The translations under genes and the position numbers were made by a program. A stretch of DNA of 32,000 bases, taken from positions 30,001-62,000 of the forward strand of contig NZ_BCZP01000019.1 of the NCBI RefSeq assembly GCF_001598795.1, read 5' to 3'. The notes under the pieces were generated by a model that was not told the DNA's origin, did no database searches, and saw only the letters and a list, made by a program, of their open reading frames with translations. Numbering within the stretch: position 1 is the first letter of the stretch; each line of letters opens with the position of its first letter. This document shows, piece after piece, positions 5,807 to 13,925 of the stretch. The DNA is from Delftia acidovorans NBRC 14950 (GTDB taxonomy: Bacteria > Pseudomonadota > Gammaproteobacteria > Burkholderiales > Burkholderiaceae_C).

Positions 5807-5832
5807 CCGCCCTTCCCCTGCTCTCCCACAAC

Positions 5833-5858
5833 GCCCACCACCTGGTGGGCATTTTTTT
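5833..5858 (+). terminator. Intrinsic terminator
   Basis: GCCCACC-ACCT-GGTGGGC followed by A and seven T. Confidence 0.75.
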
Positions 5859-5882
5859 GCTTTAACCAGACAGGAGCATCCC

Positions 5883-6299
5883 GTGAGCAAGCTCATCAAT
5901 CCCACCCTCAAGGCCAAACGCCAGGCCTTTGCCGACTTCCTGGCCAACAGCGCGCCATTCCTCGGCGAGGAGGCCACCGAGGCACTGAACGATCTGGTGC
6001 ACGCCACCACGGAAACGGGCAAAGCCGGCTCGCTGACCCTGACGATCAAGATGAAACCCATCGGCGGCAAGGCCGGCCAGATGGAGCTGGACACCGATGT
6101 GAAGACCAAGCTGCCCGCGCCCACCAAGGGTCGGACCATCCTCTTCACAACCCCCGACAACAACCTGCAGCGCAGCGATCCACGCCAGCAAACGCTGGAT
6201 GGCGTGCGCGACGTGTCGCAGGAATCCATTGCCCAGAAGGAGCTGCGCCAAACCGCCGCAGCCCCTGAGCAGCAGCCCGGCCTGCGCGTCGTCGGCTGA
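5883..6299 (+). CDS. Hypothetical phage early protein (138 aa)
   Basis: GTG start preceded by CAGGAGC. Sits immediately upstream of the DUF2303-like gene. Confidence 0.6.
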   Translation: MSKLINPTLKAKRQAFADFLANSAPFLGEEATEALNDLVHATTETGKAGSLTLTIKMKPIGGKAGQMELDTDVKTKLPAPTKGRTILFTTPDNNLQRSDPRQQTLDGVRDVSQESIAQKELRQTAAAPEQQPGLRVVG

Positions 6300-6337
6300 C
6301 TCCCATTCCCTCAACCCAGTCCCTCAAGGAGAACCCC

Positions 6338-7189
6338 GTGGACCTGCAAGACACCAAGACCGAAACCGCCAGCCGTGAAATCCAGGCAGCCAGCCATCAA
6401 GCCGTACGCTTCGTCGGAGCCGGCGCACCCATCGTGCTGCTCCCCGAAGGCTTCACCGCTGAAGACCTGAGCCACACGCTCGCGGCTCCGACCCGCAAGA
6501 AGGGCACGGTGCAGTTGAACGATGCCGAATCGTTCATCGCCGTGGTCAACGACCAGAAGGGTGAATCCACTCGTCTGTTCAGCACCATCGACCCGCCCAC
6601 CTTCACTGCCGTGTTCAACCACATCGCGCTCGGCACTGGCTGGGGCGATCACCAGGCCCGGTACAACGCCCCGCTTGCACCCGAGTGGAAGGCCTGGACC
6701 GGCATGGATGGCAAGAAGGTCGGCCAGGTCGATCTGGCCCAATTCATCGAGAGCAACCTGGTTGATGTCGTGTTCATCGCTGCTGACCCAGCCTCGCGTG
6801 AACCCGGCAGCCCGGACGGCTCTACGCTGCTGGAGGTGTGCCGCACGCTGGAGGCCAAGAAGAAGGTGGACTTCAAGAGCAGCGTGCGCCTGTCGGACGG
6901 CTCGACCCAGTTCACCTATGACGAAGACGTGCAGGGCAGCGCGCGCCAGGGCCAGCTGCAGGTTCCCGAGCAGTTCAGCCTGGGCATTCCTGTCTTCGAG
7001 AACGGCGACAAGTGGCGTGTGGATGTGCGCTTCCGCTACCGCATCGACGGCGGCAACCTCGTTATGTGGTTGGAGCTGGTCCGTCCGCACAAGGTGATCG
7101 AGCAGGCCGTGAAGGACCTGCGCGAAAAGATCGCCGCCGCCACCGAGCTGCAGATCCTCAACGGCGCGCCGAACACCGCGCGCAACTGA
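6338..7189 (+). CDS. DUF2303 / YfdQ-like prophage protein (283 aa)
   Basis: GTG start preceded by AAGGAG. Size and sequence character recall YfdQ-family proteins of prophage early regions. Recognised from memory only. Confidence 0.55.
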   Translation: MDLQDTKTETASREIQAASHQAVRFVGAGAPIVLLPEGFTAEDLSHTLAAPTRKKGTVQLNDAESFIAVVNDQKGESTRLFSTIDPPTFTAVFNHIALGTGWGDHQARYNAPLAPEWKAWTGMDGKKVGQVDLAQFIESNLVDVVFIAADPASREPGSPDGSTLLEVCRTLEAKKKVDFKSSVRLSDGSTQFTYDEDVQGSARQGQLQVPEQFSLGIPVFENGDKWRVDVRFRYRIDGGNLVMWLELVRPHKVIEQAVKDLREKIAAATELQILNGAPNTARN

Positions 7190-7195
7190 TCGCGG

Positions 7196-7220
7196 GGGCG
7201 CCTATCTTGGGCGCCCTTTG
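7196..7220 (+). terminator. Weak terminator-like hairpin
   Basis: GGGCGCC-TATCTTG-GGCGCCC followed by only TTTG. Confidence 0.35.
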
Positions 7221-7234
7221 CGAACTCCCCCGCC

Positions 7235-7468
7235 ATGGCCACACCACCTGAAAAGGTCTGCACCACCTGCGGCGAGCCCTGGCCCGCCGATGTGGGCTTC
7301 TTCCGCGCACTGGTCAAAAGCCCCGACGGGCTGGCCGACCAGTGCAACGCCTGCGTGTGTGACAAGTACCGCCGCTATCGCAAGCGCAATCACTCCCGCC
7401 CGCGTATCACCGACACGCTCGCCAGCATCTGGATGCAGCACCCGGTAGCCACGGCCTCAACAGCATGA
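7235..7468 (+). CDS. Small Cys-rich (zinc-ribbon-like) protein (77 aa)
   Basis: ORF track. Contains CTTCG...CNACVC. No clear SD. Confidence 0.5.
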   Translation: MATPPEKVCTTCGEPWPADVGFFRALVKSPDGLADQCNACVCDKYRRYRKRNHSRPRITDTLASIWMQHPVATASTA

Positions 7469-7647
7469 ACCAAGACACCGAGCACCAACCCACGCGCGCC
7501 GAGCGCGATCTGCCAGCCGCGCGCCGCGCCGCCGAACGTGCCCGCGCCCTGTGGTGGGACGAGCAAAAGCCCACGCACTGCTTCGGCTGCGGCGCCGAGC
7601 TGCCCGAAGACCACAGCCGCGGCGATGCCCTGCCCTGCGGCCACTAA
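7465..7647 (+). CDS. Small hypothetical protein (60 aa) with CxxC...C motif
   Basis: ATGA overlap with the preceding ORF. Contains CFGCG...PCGH. Confidence 0.45.
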   Translation: MNQDTEHQPTRAERDLPAARRAAERARALWWDEQKPTHCFGCGAELPEDHSRGDALPCGH

Positions 7648-7671
7648 TCACCATCCAAGAAAGGAAACCCG

Positions 7672-7956
7672 ATGTCCGAATACCAGAACCTGCTGGCCCG
7701 CAAGGCCGAACTCGACGCCCAGATCGCAGCTGCTCAGGCTGAAGCCAAGGCGAAGGCTGTAACCGAAGCCCGCGCGCTGATCCAGGAGCACGGCCTGACC
7801 GCTGCCGATGTCTTCCCAGCCGCGAAGGCCAAGGGCAGCGTGGGCGCCCCGAAGTACCGAGACCCCGCCACCGGGGCGACCTGGACCGGCCGGGGCAAGC
7901 CGCCGAACTGGATCAACGGCAAGGACCGCGCGCCCTTCCAGATCAAGCCCGCCTGA
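7672..7956 (+). CDS. Phage-encoded H-NS-family nucleoid-associated protein (94 aa)
   Basis: N-terminal coiled coil. The C-terminal YRDPATGATWTGRGKPPNW matches the H-NS DNA-binding motif (TWTG[QR]GR.P.W). RBS AAGGAAA. Confidence 0.85.
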   Translation: MSEYQNLLARKAELDAQIAAAQAEAKAKAVTEARALIQEHGLTAADVFPAAKAKGSVGAPKYRDPATGATWTGRGKPPNWINGKDRAPFQIKPA

Positions 7957-7962
7957 CAGAGG

Positions 7963-7999
7963 CATGAGCACAGCGCGTGCAGCGCGCGCTGTCCTCATG
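7963..7999. other. Hairpin between convergent genes
   Basis: CATGAGCACAGCGCG / CGCGCTGTCCTCATG, 15-nt arms with one mismatch. No U-tract on either strand. Confidence 0.4.
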
Positions 8000-8010
8000 G
8001 GCTCAGTCTT

Positions 8011-8283
8011 TCATGATGTTTGCTGTCGTGATATCCATTTGTCTATTGCATGAAAGCCCAATTCAAATGCTTCATGCTGAGATCGTCCTTGAATATCTTG
8101 TGTATCGATTTTTATTGTCTCGCCTTTGCCCTTCTGTATATATGCATGCACAGGAAATCTGTCATGTACTACGTCATACCCTGAAACTACCCTGAGAGAG
8201 TAGTCGAGATAATGACCAGTCGTGACCAATCTCGGTCCGGTCTCAATTAGTGCGGGATGAAATTTTTCAACGTAATTTGCCAT
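8011..8283 (-). CDS. Hypothetical protein (90 aa) in a low-GC island, opposite orientation to the operon
   Basis: GGAGG lies 4 nt upstream of the ATG on the minus strand. Hand count over 8041-8340 gives about 41% GC, against more than 60% in the flanks. No family recognised. Confidence 0.65.
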   Translation of the reverse strand: MANYVEKFHPALIETGPRLVTTGHYLDYSLRVVSGYDVVHDRFPVHAYIQKGKGETIKIDTQDIQGRSQHEAFELGFHAIDKWISRQQTS

Positions 8284-8358
8284 AAAGCCTCCAGAGAAAA
8301 ATTAATGGTACGCAAATGAGCCGCGAGAAAGAATTGATTTAATGTGAGATATTGAAAC

Positions 8359-9402
8359 ATGAACATCATCGAATTCGGCGACTGCCGAGACACCATGCGC
8401 GCCTGGGCGGCCCAGGGCGTCCGAGCCCAGATGTGCGTCACGTCGCCGCCCTACTTCGGCCTGCGCGACTACGGGCACGCCGGCCAGTTGGGTCTGGAGC
8501 AGACGCCAGATCAGTACATCGCGGCCATGGTCGAGGTGTTCCGCTGTGTGCGCGACGTGCTGGCCGACGATGGCACGCTGTGGCTCAACATCGGGGACAG
8601 CTATGCCAGCAAGCCGAACGGGCCGGCGGGCATTCCAAAGGCCGACAGCGTTGCTCCACACGTTGCCTCCCGGACAGCGCACGCCCGCCGATCCAGCCAG
8701 GTGCCGCCTGGGCTGAAGCACAAGGACCTCATCGGCATCCCCTGGATGCTGGCGTTCGCGCTGCGGGCCGACGGCTGGTATCTGCGCCAGGACATCATCT
8801 GGCACAAGCCGAACCCGATGCCGGAGAGCGTTGGGGACCGCTGCACTAAGGCGCATGAGTACCTGTTCCTGTTGTCCAAGGGCCCGCGCTACTTCTTCGA
8901 CAGCGGTGCCATGCAAGAGCCTGCCGCCGGCGTGAACAACTACCCACCCATGGGCGGCCCCGTGCCAGGTGCGCCACCACAGGGAAGGCTCAGGCCCAGC
9001 GTGAAGCGCGGCGGGTTCGCTGGCAAGACCAACGCCATGCCGGGCCGCGAGGCCTTCCGCGCGACCAGCCCAACGCGCAACAGGCGCAGCGTCTGGACCG
9101 TGGCCACCCGGCCATACAAAGGCGCCCACTTCGCCACTTTCCCGCCCGCGCTCATCGAGCCCTGCATTCGCGCTGGATCTCGAGCAGGCGACATCGTGCT
9201 GGACCCGTTCATGGGCAGCGGCACGACAGCGGCCGTCGCGCTACAGCACGGCCGCCAGTACCTGGGCTGCGAGCTCAACCCCGACTACGAGCCCCTGCAG
9301 CGCGAGCGCATTGAGGCCTCTGCCGCTCCGCCCACGGCCAGGCCCCGACGCCGCGCCGCACGACCACCCGAACCAGAGCCCGCACAACGCGGGCTTTTTT
9401 GA
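8359..9402 (+). CDS. Orphan beta-class DNA methyltransferase (N6_N4_Mtase family; SPPY motif IV) (347 aa)
   Basis: Motif IV CVTSPPYF comes before motif I LDPFMGSGTT (beta-class order). No adjacent endonuclease-sized ORF. Confidence 0.85.
   Translation: MNIIEFGDCRDTMRAWAAQGVRAQMCVTSPPYFGLRDYGHAGQLGLEQTPDQYIAAMVEVFRCVRDVLADDGTLWLNIGDSYASKPNGPAGIPKADSVAPHVASRTAHARRSSQVPPGLKHKDLIGIPWMLAFALRADGWYLRQDIIWHKPNPMPESVGDRCTKAHEYLFLLSKGPRYFFDSGAMQEPAAGVNNYPPMGGPVPGAPPQGRLRPSVKRGGFAGKTNAMPGREAFRATSPTRNRRSVWTVATRPYKGAHFATFPPALIEPCIRAGSRAGDIVLDPFMGSGTTAAVALQHGRQYLGCELNPDYEPLQRERIEASAAPPTARPRRRAARPPEPEPAQRGLF
9377..9400 (+). terminator. Intrinsic terminator embedded in the last codons of the MTase gene
   Basis: AGCCCGC-ACAAC-GCGGGCT followed by a T-run. 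The TGA stop (9400-9402) starts in the T-tract. Confidence 0.7.
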
Positions 9403-9550
9403 TCCCGAAGCCCTCCCGGTATGCCGCGAGGGCTTTCCTGTTTCTGCATCCCGTGAATCCCAACTCTTCCCAGTGCCAGCAGCTGCTGCAGCGCGCCGGC
9501 CACGTCATCAACACCACTGCCACCTGGTGGCGCATCGAACGGAGCAACCC

Positions 9551-11302
9551 ATGTCCCAAAAACTGACATTCGTGAATGGCGCGAAGGCTGCATGCGGCTG
9601 CCGCCATGAGTTTTCCTCTGGCGGCGGCGAGTACTCCGATGTCGCCTATGTACATCTGTGCGGCAAGCACGCTGGCGCCCCGGTGTTGGACGACCGCTGG
9701 AAGGCCCGAATGCTCGACGGCCGCGCACCAGAGCGCGACGAGATGGGCTTCGGCAATCACCCCGATCTGCCGTGGCTGGACGAAGGCATGATGCCGCGCA
9801 GCTTCTTCGCCGCGCTCGGCCTTGAACTGGCACACACGTCTGCCGAAGATCAGTTGGACGGCGATGTGCTTGGCGCCATGAGCGAGGCCGTCAACTGGAC
9901 CGACTGGCAGCCCACCGCACCCCAGGGCGACGGCTGGAAGCTGGTTTCCATCTTCGACACCGAAGACGGCCCCGTCGCGTGGTGGCTGCGCGAGCTGCCT
10001 GAAGCCGAAGACGGCACAACGACCATCCGCAACCTGCAGGCCGAGGTCGAGAAGCTGAAGGCTCGCATCGGCCGCGCCGAGGCAGCTCCTGCCGCTGTGG
10101 CGCCCTTCGGCTACGTCAACACGCACACAGGCCAGTTCTTCACGGAGGTGGAGCCGTGCCGCCAGGGCAACGAAGGGCACTGGCGCACCGTGTACCTGCA
10201 GCCTGCCGCTGTGGCTGGGCCGGCCTGGGACAAGACGCGCGACTCCCTGGCAACGCTGCTGTTGGGGCTGGCGCGCCGTCCCTTTCTGGACTTCGATGTC
10301 GCCTGCATCGCACTGGACGCTGCGACGGAGCCCGGCATGCCGCTGGCCTACATGCGCGGCGCCCAGGCAGCGCCCGCCCTGGAAGCGCTTGCAGCCCCCG
10401 CCAGCGATGAGGAGGCCGCTTTCACGAAGTGGTTCCAGGGCGAGCAGGGGAAGCCGTACCAGGGCATGTGGGAGTTCGCGCGTGCAGCGTGGCTGGCCCG
10501 TGCAGCAGCGCCCCAGGCACCGGCTCCAGGCATGGCTGTCACGGCCTTGGCCGGCGAGATCATCGCCGCGCTTGAAGCAGACGAAAAAGACGGCGGATAT
10601 GACCTGACCTCGGGCCTGTTCGGGCCCAAGTTTTCCGCACTCGTCCGCCGTTGGGCCGCATCGGAGTGGGCCAACGTCACCGCACCCCAGGCACCCGACT
10701 GCACACGCTGCAGCGGCTCCGGCGAAGACCCCGAGGGCTATCTGACGCATGGCCACGGCCCCGATGATCACACCGTTGATGGCCCGTGCCGCGAGTGCGA
10801 TGGCTCCGGGGCAGCGCCCCAGGCACCTTTTGCGCCCTGGGCCATGCCCGTGATGCAGGTACACCCTCTCGAAACAGCCCCGAAGGACGGCACGATAGTG
10901 CAGTTGCTGGTCCAGTTTGTGGACCACCCGCCAGGGCAAAAGTCCGTGCTCAACGGCGCCGGGCCGCTTTATGACACAGCGGACCCATGCTGGACCATCG
11001 GCGGCAACACCGTCGAAAACACTGGCGTGGATCACTGGCAGTTCGTCGGCTGGAACTGGGAGCAGGACTGCTTTGTGGACACCAGCACCGATGCGGGTCA
11101 CCGCGTCCTCGGCTGGGCTCCTTTCGACGTGGCAGCACCTGCTGCGCCTGCAGTGGATGCGCCAGCACTCGGCGAATGGGTGGCCACGCTCGAAGTGGAC
11201 AGCGAGGGAGGCCTCGACTACGAGACCGTGCCACCGTGCACGCTGCCGCCCGGCTGCTACCGGCTCTATCGCGCAGCCCAGGCCAAGGAAGGCGGTGCGT
11301 GA
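9551..11302 (+). CDS. Large mosaic hypothetical protein (583 aa) with DnaJ-type CxxCxGxG zinc-finger pair
   Basis: Internal ATG of ORF 9311..11302. Contains CTRCSGSG (10700-10723) and CRECDGSG (10787-10810). Recurring AAPQAP linker motifs. Confidence 0.65.
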   Translation: MSQKLTFVNGAKAACGCRHEFSSGGGEYSDVAYVHLCGKHAGAPVLDDRWKARMLDGRAPERDEMGFGNHPDLPWLDEGMMPRSFFAALGLELAHTSAEDQLDGDVLGAMSEAVNWTDWQPTAPQGDGWKLVSIFDTEDGPVAWWLRELPEAEDGTTTIRNLQAEVEKLKARIGRAEAAPAAVAPFGYVNTHTGQFFTEVEPCRQGNEGHWRTVYLQPAAVAGPAWDKTRDSLATLLLGLARRPFLDFDVACIALDAATEPGMPLAYMRGAQAAPALEALAAPASDEEAAFTKWFQGEQGKPYQGMWEFARAAWLARAAAPQAPAPGMAVTALAGEIIAALEADEKDGGYDLTSGLFGPKFSALVRRWAASEWANVTAPQAPDCTRCSGSGEDPEGYLTHGHGPDDHTVDGPCRECDGSGAAPQAPFAPWAMPVMQVHPLETAPKDGTIVQLLVQFVDHPPGQKSVLNGAGPLYDTADPCWTIGGNTVENTGVDHWQFVGWNWEQDCFVDTSTDAGHRVLGWAPFDVAAPAAPAVDAPALGEWVATLEVDSEGGLDYETVPPCTLPPGCYRLYRAAQAKEGGA

Positions 11303-11586
11303 TGGCATGTCCTGGATACACCCCTGCCGTCAAGCAGGCAGACGACGCGATGCGAGCAGCACGGGCCGCGATCATGGTCGCGCTGGAGGGCGACTTCCCC
11401 AAGGGCTGCCAGGTTCGCGTCCACCATGGGCGCGGATCTTTCGAGGCAACCGTCGTTGGCTGGATCGCGTATGGAGAGCCGCGAATCAAACTCCGGCACA
11501 ACCGGACGGGGCGCCACTTCCGCCGGGGAGCCGAGTATGTGGAGGCCCTCGCAGCCCAGGCAGCAGCCCAGGGGGAGCACGCATGA
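11302..11586 (+). CDS. Hypothetical protein (94 aa)
   Basis: TGATG overlap with the previous gene. In frame with ORF 10987..11586. Confidence 0.5.
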   Translation: MACPGYTPAVKQADDAMRAARAAIMVALEGDFPKGCQVRVHHGRGSFEATVVGWIAYGEPRIKLRHNRTGRHFRRGAEYVEALAAQAAAQGEHA

Positions 11587-11855
11587 AGCGAGACAAATTG
11601 CTGTCCTTTGCCCAGCAGGCGGGCATCGAAGTGCACTACCGCAAGCACCAGGCACGCATCGGCATCGATGAGCTGACTGGTCAGGACTCGACAGGCAAGC
11701 TGGAGCGATTCGCCGCCCTGGTGGCGGCCGCCGAGCGCGAGGCCTGCGCCAAAGACGCCGAGGCCTTCCATCACCATGGCTACGACTTCACCGGAAATTT
11801 GGAGCTGCACGAGTGGCTCCGGGCGCGCCCCACTGGGCACAAGGAGAGCACATGA
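11583..11855 (+). CDS. Hypothetical protein (90 aa)
   Basis: ATGA overlap. In frame with ORF 10917..11855. Confidence 0.5.
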   Translation: MKRDKLLSFAQQAGIEVHYRKHQARIGIDELTGQDSTGKLERFAALVAAAEREACAKDAEAFHHHGYDFTGNLELHEWLRARPTGHKEST

Positions 11856-12481
11856 CCAACGCATTGAACGGCGCAGGCACATCCCTGCGCGAAACGAAGA
11901 TCCTGATCCCCGAAATCCCCGGCGAGTGGACGCGGCGCATCCGCAGCGGCAGCACGCAGGTCTGGAATGACAAGCACTCGCCGCAGGACGGGCTCCCGGA
12001 GGTGCGTTTGGAGCCGCCCGCCAAAGGCCTGATCGCCGAACGCGTAGACGGGGCCTGGTACTGGGTGTGCGGTTGCGAGAAGTGCCTGGGCAGCGGCAAG
12101 TCGTTCAACTACTCCCCATGCGATGCGCACGACCGCTGCGTGACCTGCAACTGCACCCGCGCCGAGCTGACCGAAGTGCCGTGGGGTGCGCGCGATGGCG
12201 GCTGGCGGTGCAAGCCCTGCCAGGACCGCCTGGACGCGGCCCGGAAAGCTGAAGCGCTTGCCGCAGCCGAGGCGAAGGGCCACAGCGAAGACGACTGCGT
12301 CTACACGAGCGACATCATCTGCCCGTACTGCGCCACCAAACAAAGCAGCGATGACCGCCACGATTCGGCTCAGGGCCTCGAATGCGGCACCTGCGGCGGA
12401 AAGTTCGACCTGGAGGTGGAGTGGTCGCCGAGCTACACGACGACCAAGGCGCGCGCCCAGGCGCAGCAGAAAGGACCGTGA
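11852..12481 (+). CDS. Cys-rich multi-zinc-ribbon protein (209 aa)
   Basis: AAGGAGAG RBS and ATGA overlap. Motifs CEKCLGSG, CVTCNC, CKPCQ, CPYCAT, CGTCGG. Confidence 0.6.
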   Translation: MTNALNGAGTSLRETKILIPEIPGEWTRRIRSGSTQVWNDKHSPQDGLPEVRLEPPAKGLIAERVDGAWYWVCGCEKCLGSGKSFNYSPCDAHDRCVTCNCTRAELTEVPWGARDGGWRCKPCQDRLDAARKAEALAAAEAKGHSEDDCVYTSDIICPYCATKQSSDDRHDSAQGLECGTCGGKFDLEVEWSPSYTTTKARAQAQQKGP

Positions 12482-12482
12482 C

Positions 12483-12716
12483 ATGGGCTACATCAACCCC
12501 CTGCTGGACCTGCCTGCGGGCCAGGCGCTGCAGCAACTCCCACCTGGTGACCGCGCGCGGATCGAGGCCGTGATGCGCGAGCTGCGCGACCAGGCCAACG
12601 TCGAGGCAGAGAAGGCATGGCGCAAGCGCAAAGGCCCCATGGCTGCCTACTGGCGCGCCGTGGCCACCTATGCCCGCCATACCGCGCACGCACTCTCGAA
12701 AGGACAGACCCCGTGA
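12483..12716 (+). CDS. Hypothetical protein (77 aa)
   Basis: ATG 2 nt after the previous stop. In frame with ORF 12186..12716. Confidence 0.5.
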   Translation: MGYINPLLDLPAGQALQQLPPGDRARIEAVMRELRDQANVEAEKAWRKRKGPMAAYWRAVATYARHTAHALSKGQTP

Positions 12717-12985
12717 CAACAACGAAGACCATCGCCATGGAAGGCACGCCCGTCGAGATCGGCGCCGCCGTATTCATCAACCTGTGCATACCAGCGGTCC
12801 AGCAGGCGCAGACCCAACTTCAAGCCACGCCAAACCAGCTCGCACAGCTGTACTGCGGCTTTCTGCAGGCATGCATGGGCGCCATGGCCAATGACTTTGG
12901 CCAGGAACAAGCCGCATCCATCGGGCAGACCATGGTCGATACATTCCGGTGTGTCGATATGGGCCGGGACGCGGCAAAGCACTGA
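12713..12985 (+). CDS. Hypothetical protein (about 90 aa; alternative ATG at 12737)
   Basis: GTGA overlap with the previous stop. In frame with ORF 12617..12985. Confidence 0.45.
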   Translation: MTTTKTIAMEGTPVEIGAAVFINLCIPAVQQAQTQLQATPNQLAQLYCGFLQACMGAMANDFGQEQAASIGQTMVDTFRCVDMGRDAAKH

Positions 12986-12995
12986 GGAGAGCACC

Positions 12996-13925
12996 GTGAC
13001 CACAGCACCAACACCCTCCGAGGCGCATGAGCTGCTCGACTGGTTCCGCGAGAGCGACGGCTTCGGCCAGGGCACAAAGGCGCCGCACAAGTGGGTCCTG
13101 CGAGCCGAGCAAGAGTTGCGCCGCCTGCAGGCCGACAACGAGGCCATGCGCGAGACGCTGGAGTTCGTGGAGCGCTGGGCCGTGCACCACGCCAGCAAGC
13201 CGCACATGACGGCAGAACTAGCCCTGGGCAGCATCCAGCATCATCCCGAAATCCGCGCCATCACCGAGCGCTACGCAGACGGCAAGCGGCCGGAGACCTT
13301 CGACCCATACGCCCGCATCGCAGAGCTGGAGGCGCGCAAGCCGCTGCCGCTGAGCGATGAGCAGATCGACGCCATTGCCGACGGCATGCCGCGCGGCCTG
13401 GCCGGCTTCATGAAGACCTGGGGCTGGCGGCAGTTCGCGCGGAAGATCCTCGACCTGCGCGCCATGCCGACCTGGGAGCCTGGGTTTGATTTCATGGCCC
13501 CAGGGCAGGAGGAACTGGCAATGCAGTTCTGCCTTGAGATCGCTGGCCCGCGCGGCAAGAAGGGCAGCCCGCCCGATCCTGTTCGCTTGATGGAGATGTG
13601 CCAGGCGCTCTACAAGGCCGAGGCGGACGCGCGTCTGGTTGACAAATCGCCGGATCTGCAAGAACCGTTGGTTGACAAAACCGCGAATTTGCAAGATCGG
13701 CCGCTGCCGCTGAGCGATGCCGAAATCATCGCGGCCCAAGCAGCCCTCGCGCTTTCTCGCTCCCGCATCGGCCTGCCCTGCAGCAGGTGCGAGTCCGGGA
13801 AATACCGTGCTGACAGCAATGCGTATCACGACTTCCACCGCTGCGACAGCTGCATGCATGTGCCCATGTGGGGAGAGGACGGCAAGGAGATCGGCCCGCC
13901 AACGTGCGCAGGAGAATCGTCATGA
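12996..13925 (+). CDS. Hypothetical protein (309 aa) with internal repeats and C-terminal Cys cluster
   Basis: GTG preceded by GAGGAGAG. Duplicated PLPLSD(E/A).I motif. Tandem LVDK..LQ(E/D) repeats. CSRC...CDSC at the C-terminus. Confidence 0.6.
   Translation: MTTAPTPSEAHELLDWFRESDGFGQGTKAPHKWVLRAEQELRRLQADNEAMRETLEFVERWAVHHASKPHMTAELALGSIQHHPEIRAITERYADGKRPETFDPYARIAELEARKPLPLSDEQIDAIADGMPRGLAGFMKTWGWRQFARKILDLRAMPTWEPGFDFMAPGQEELAMQFCLEIAGPRGKKGSPPDPVRLMEMCQALYKAEADARLVDKSPDLQEPLVDKTANLQDRPLPLSDAEIIAAQAALALSRSRIGLPCSRCESGKYRADSNAYHDFHRCDSCMHVPMWGEDGKEIGPPTCAGESS

Noticed and set aside
8134-8153. CTGTATATATGCATGCACAG resembling a LexA box inside the AT-rich gene
   Set aside because: The spacing is CTGT-N12-ACAG, not N8, and it lies inside a coding region. 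It is probably a chance half-site.
8302-9129. 275-aa minus-strand ORF opposite the methyltransferase
   Set aside because: Antisense to a gene with clear MTase motifs IV and I, with no independent signals.
8011-9402. The 90-aa ORF plus methyltransferase as a divergent restriction-modification pair
   Set aside because: 90 aa is too small for any endonuclease class I know, and no PD-(D/E)xK, HNH or GIY-YIG motif is visible. It also lacks an obvious HTH for a controller protein. It is treated as an orphan MTase next to an unrelated moron.
9275-11308. 677-aa minus-strand ORF opposite the 583-aa phage protein
   Set aside because: Its composition is Arg/Ala/Gly-rich shadow-frame junk. The plus-strand frame has the RBS, zinc-finger motifs and coupling to the downstream genes.
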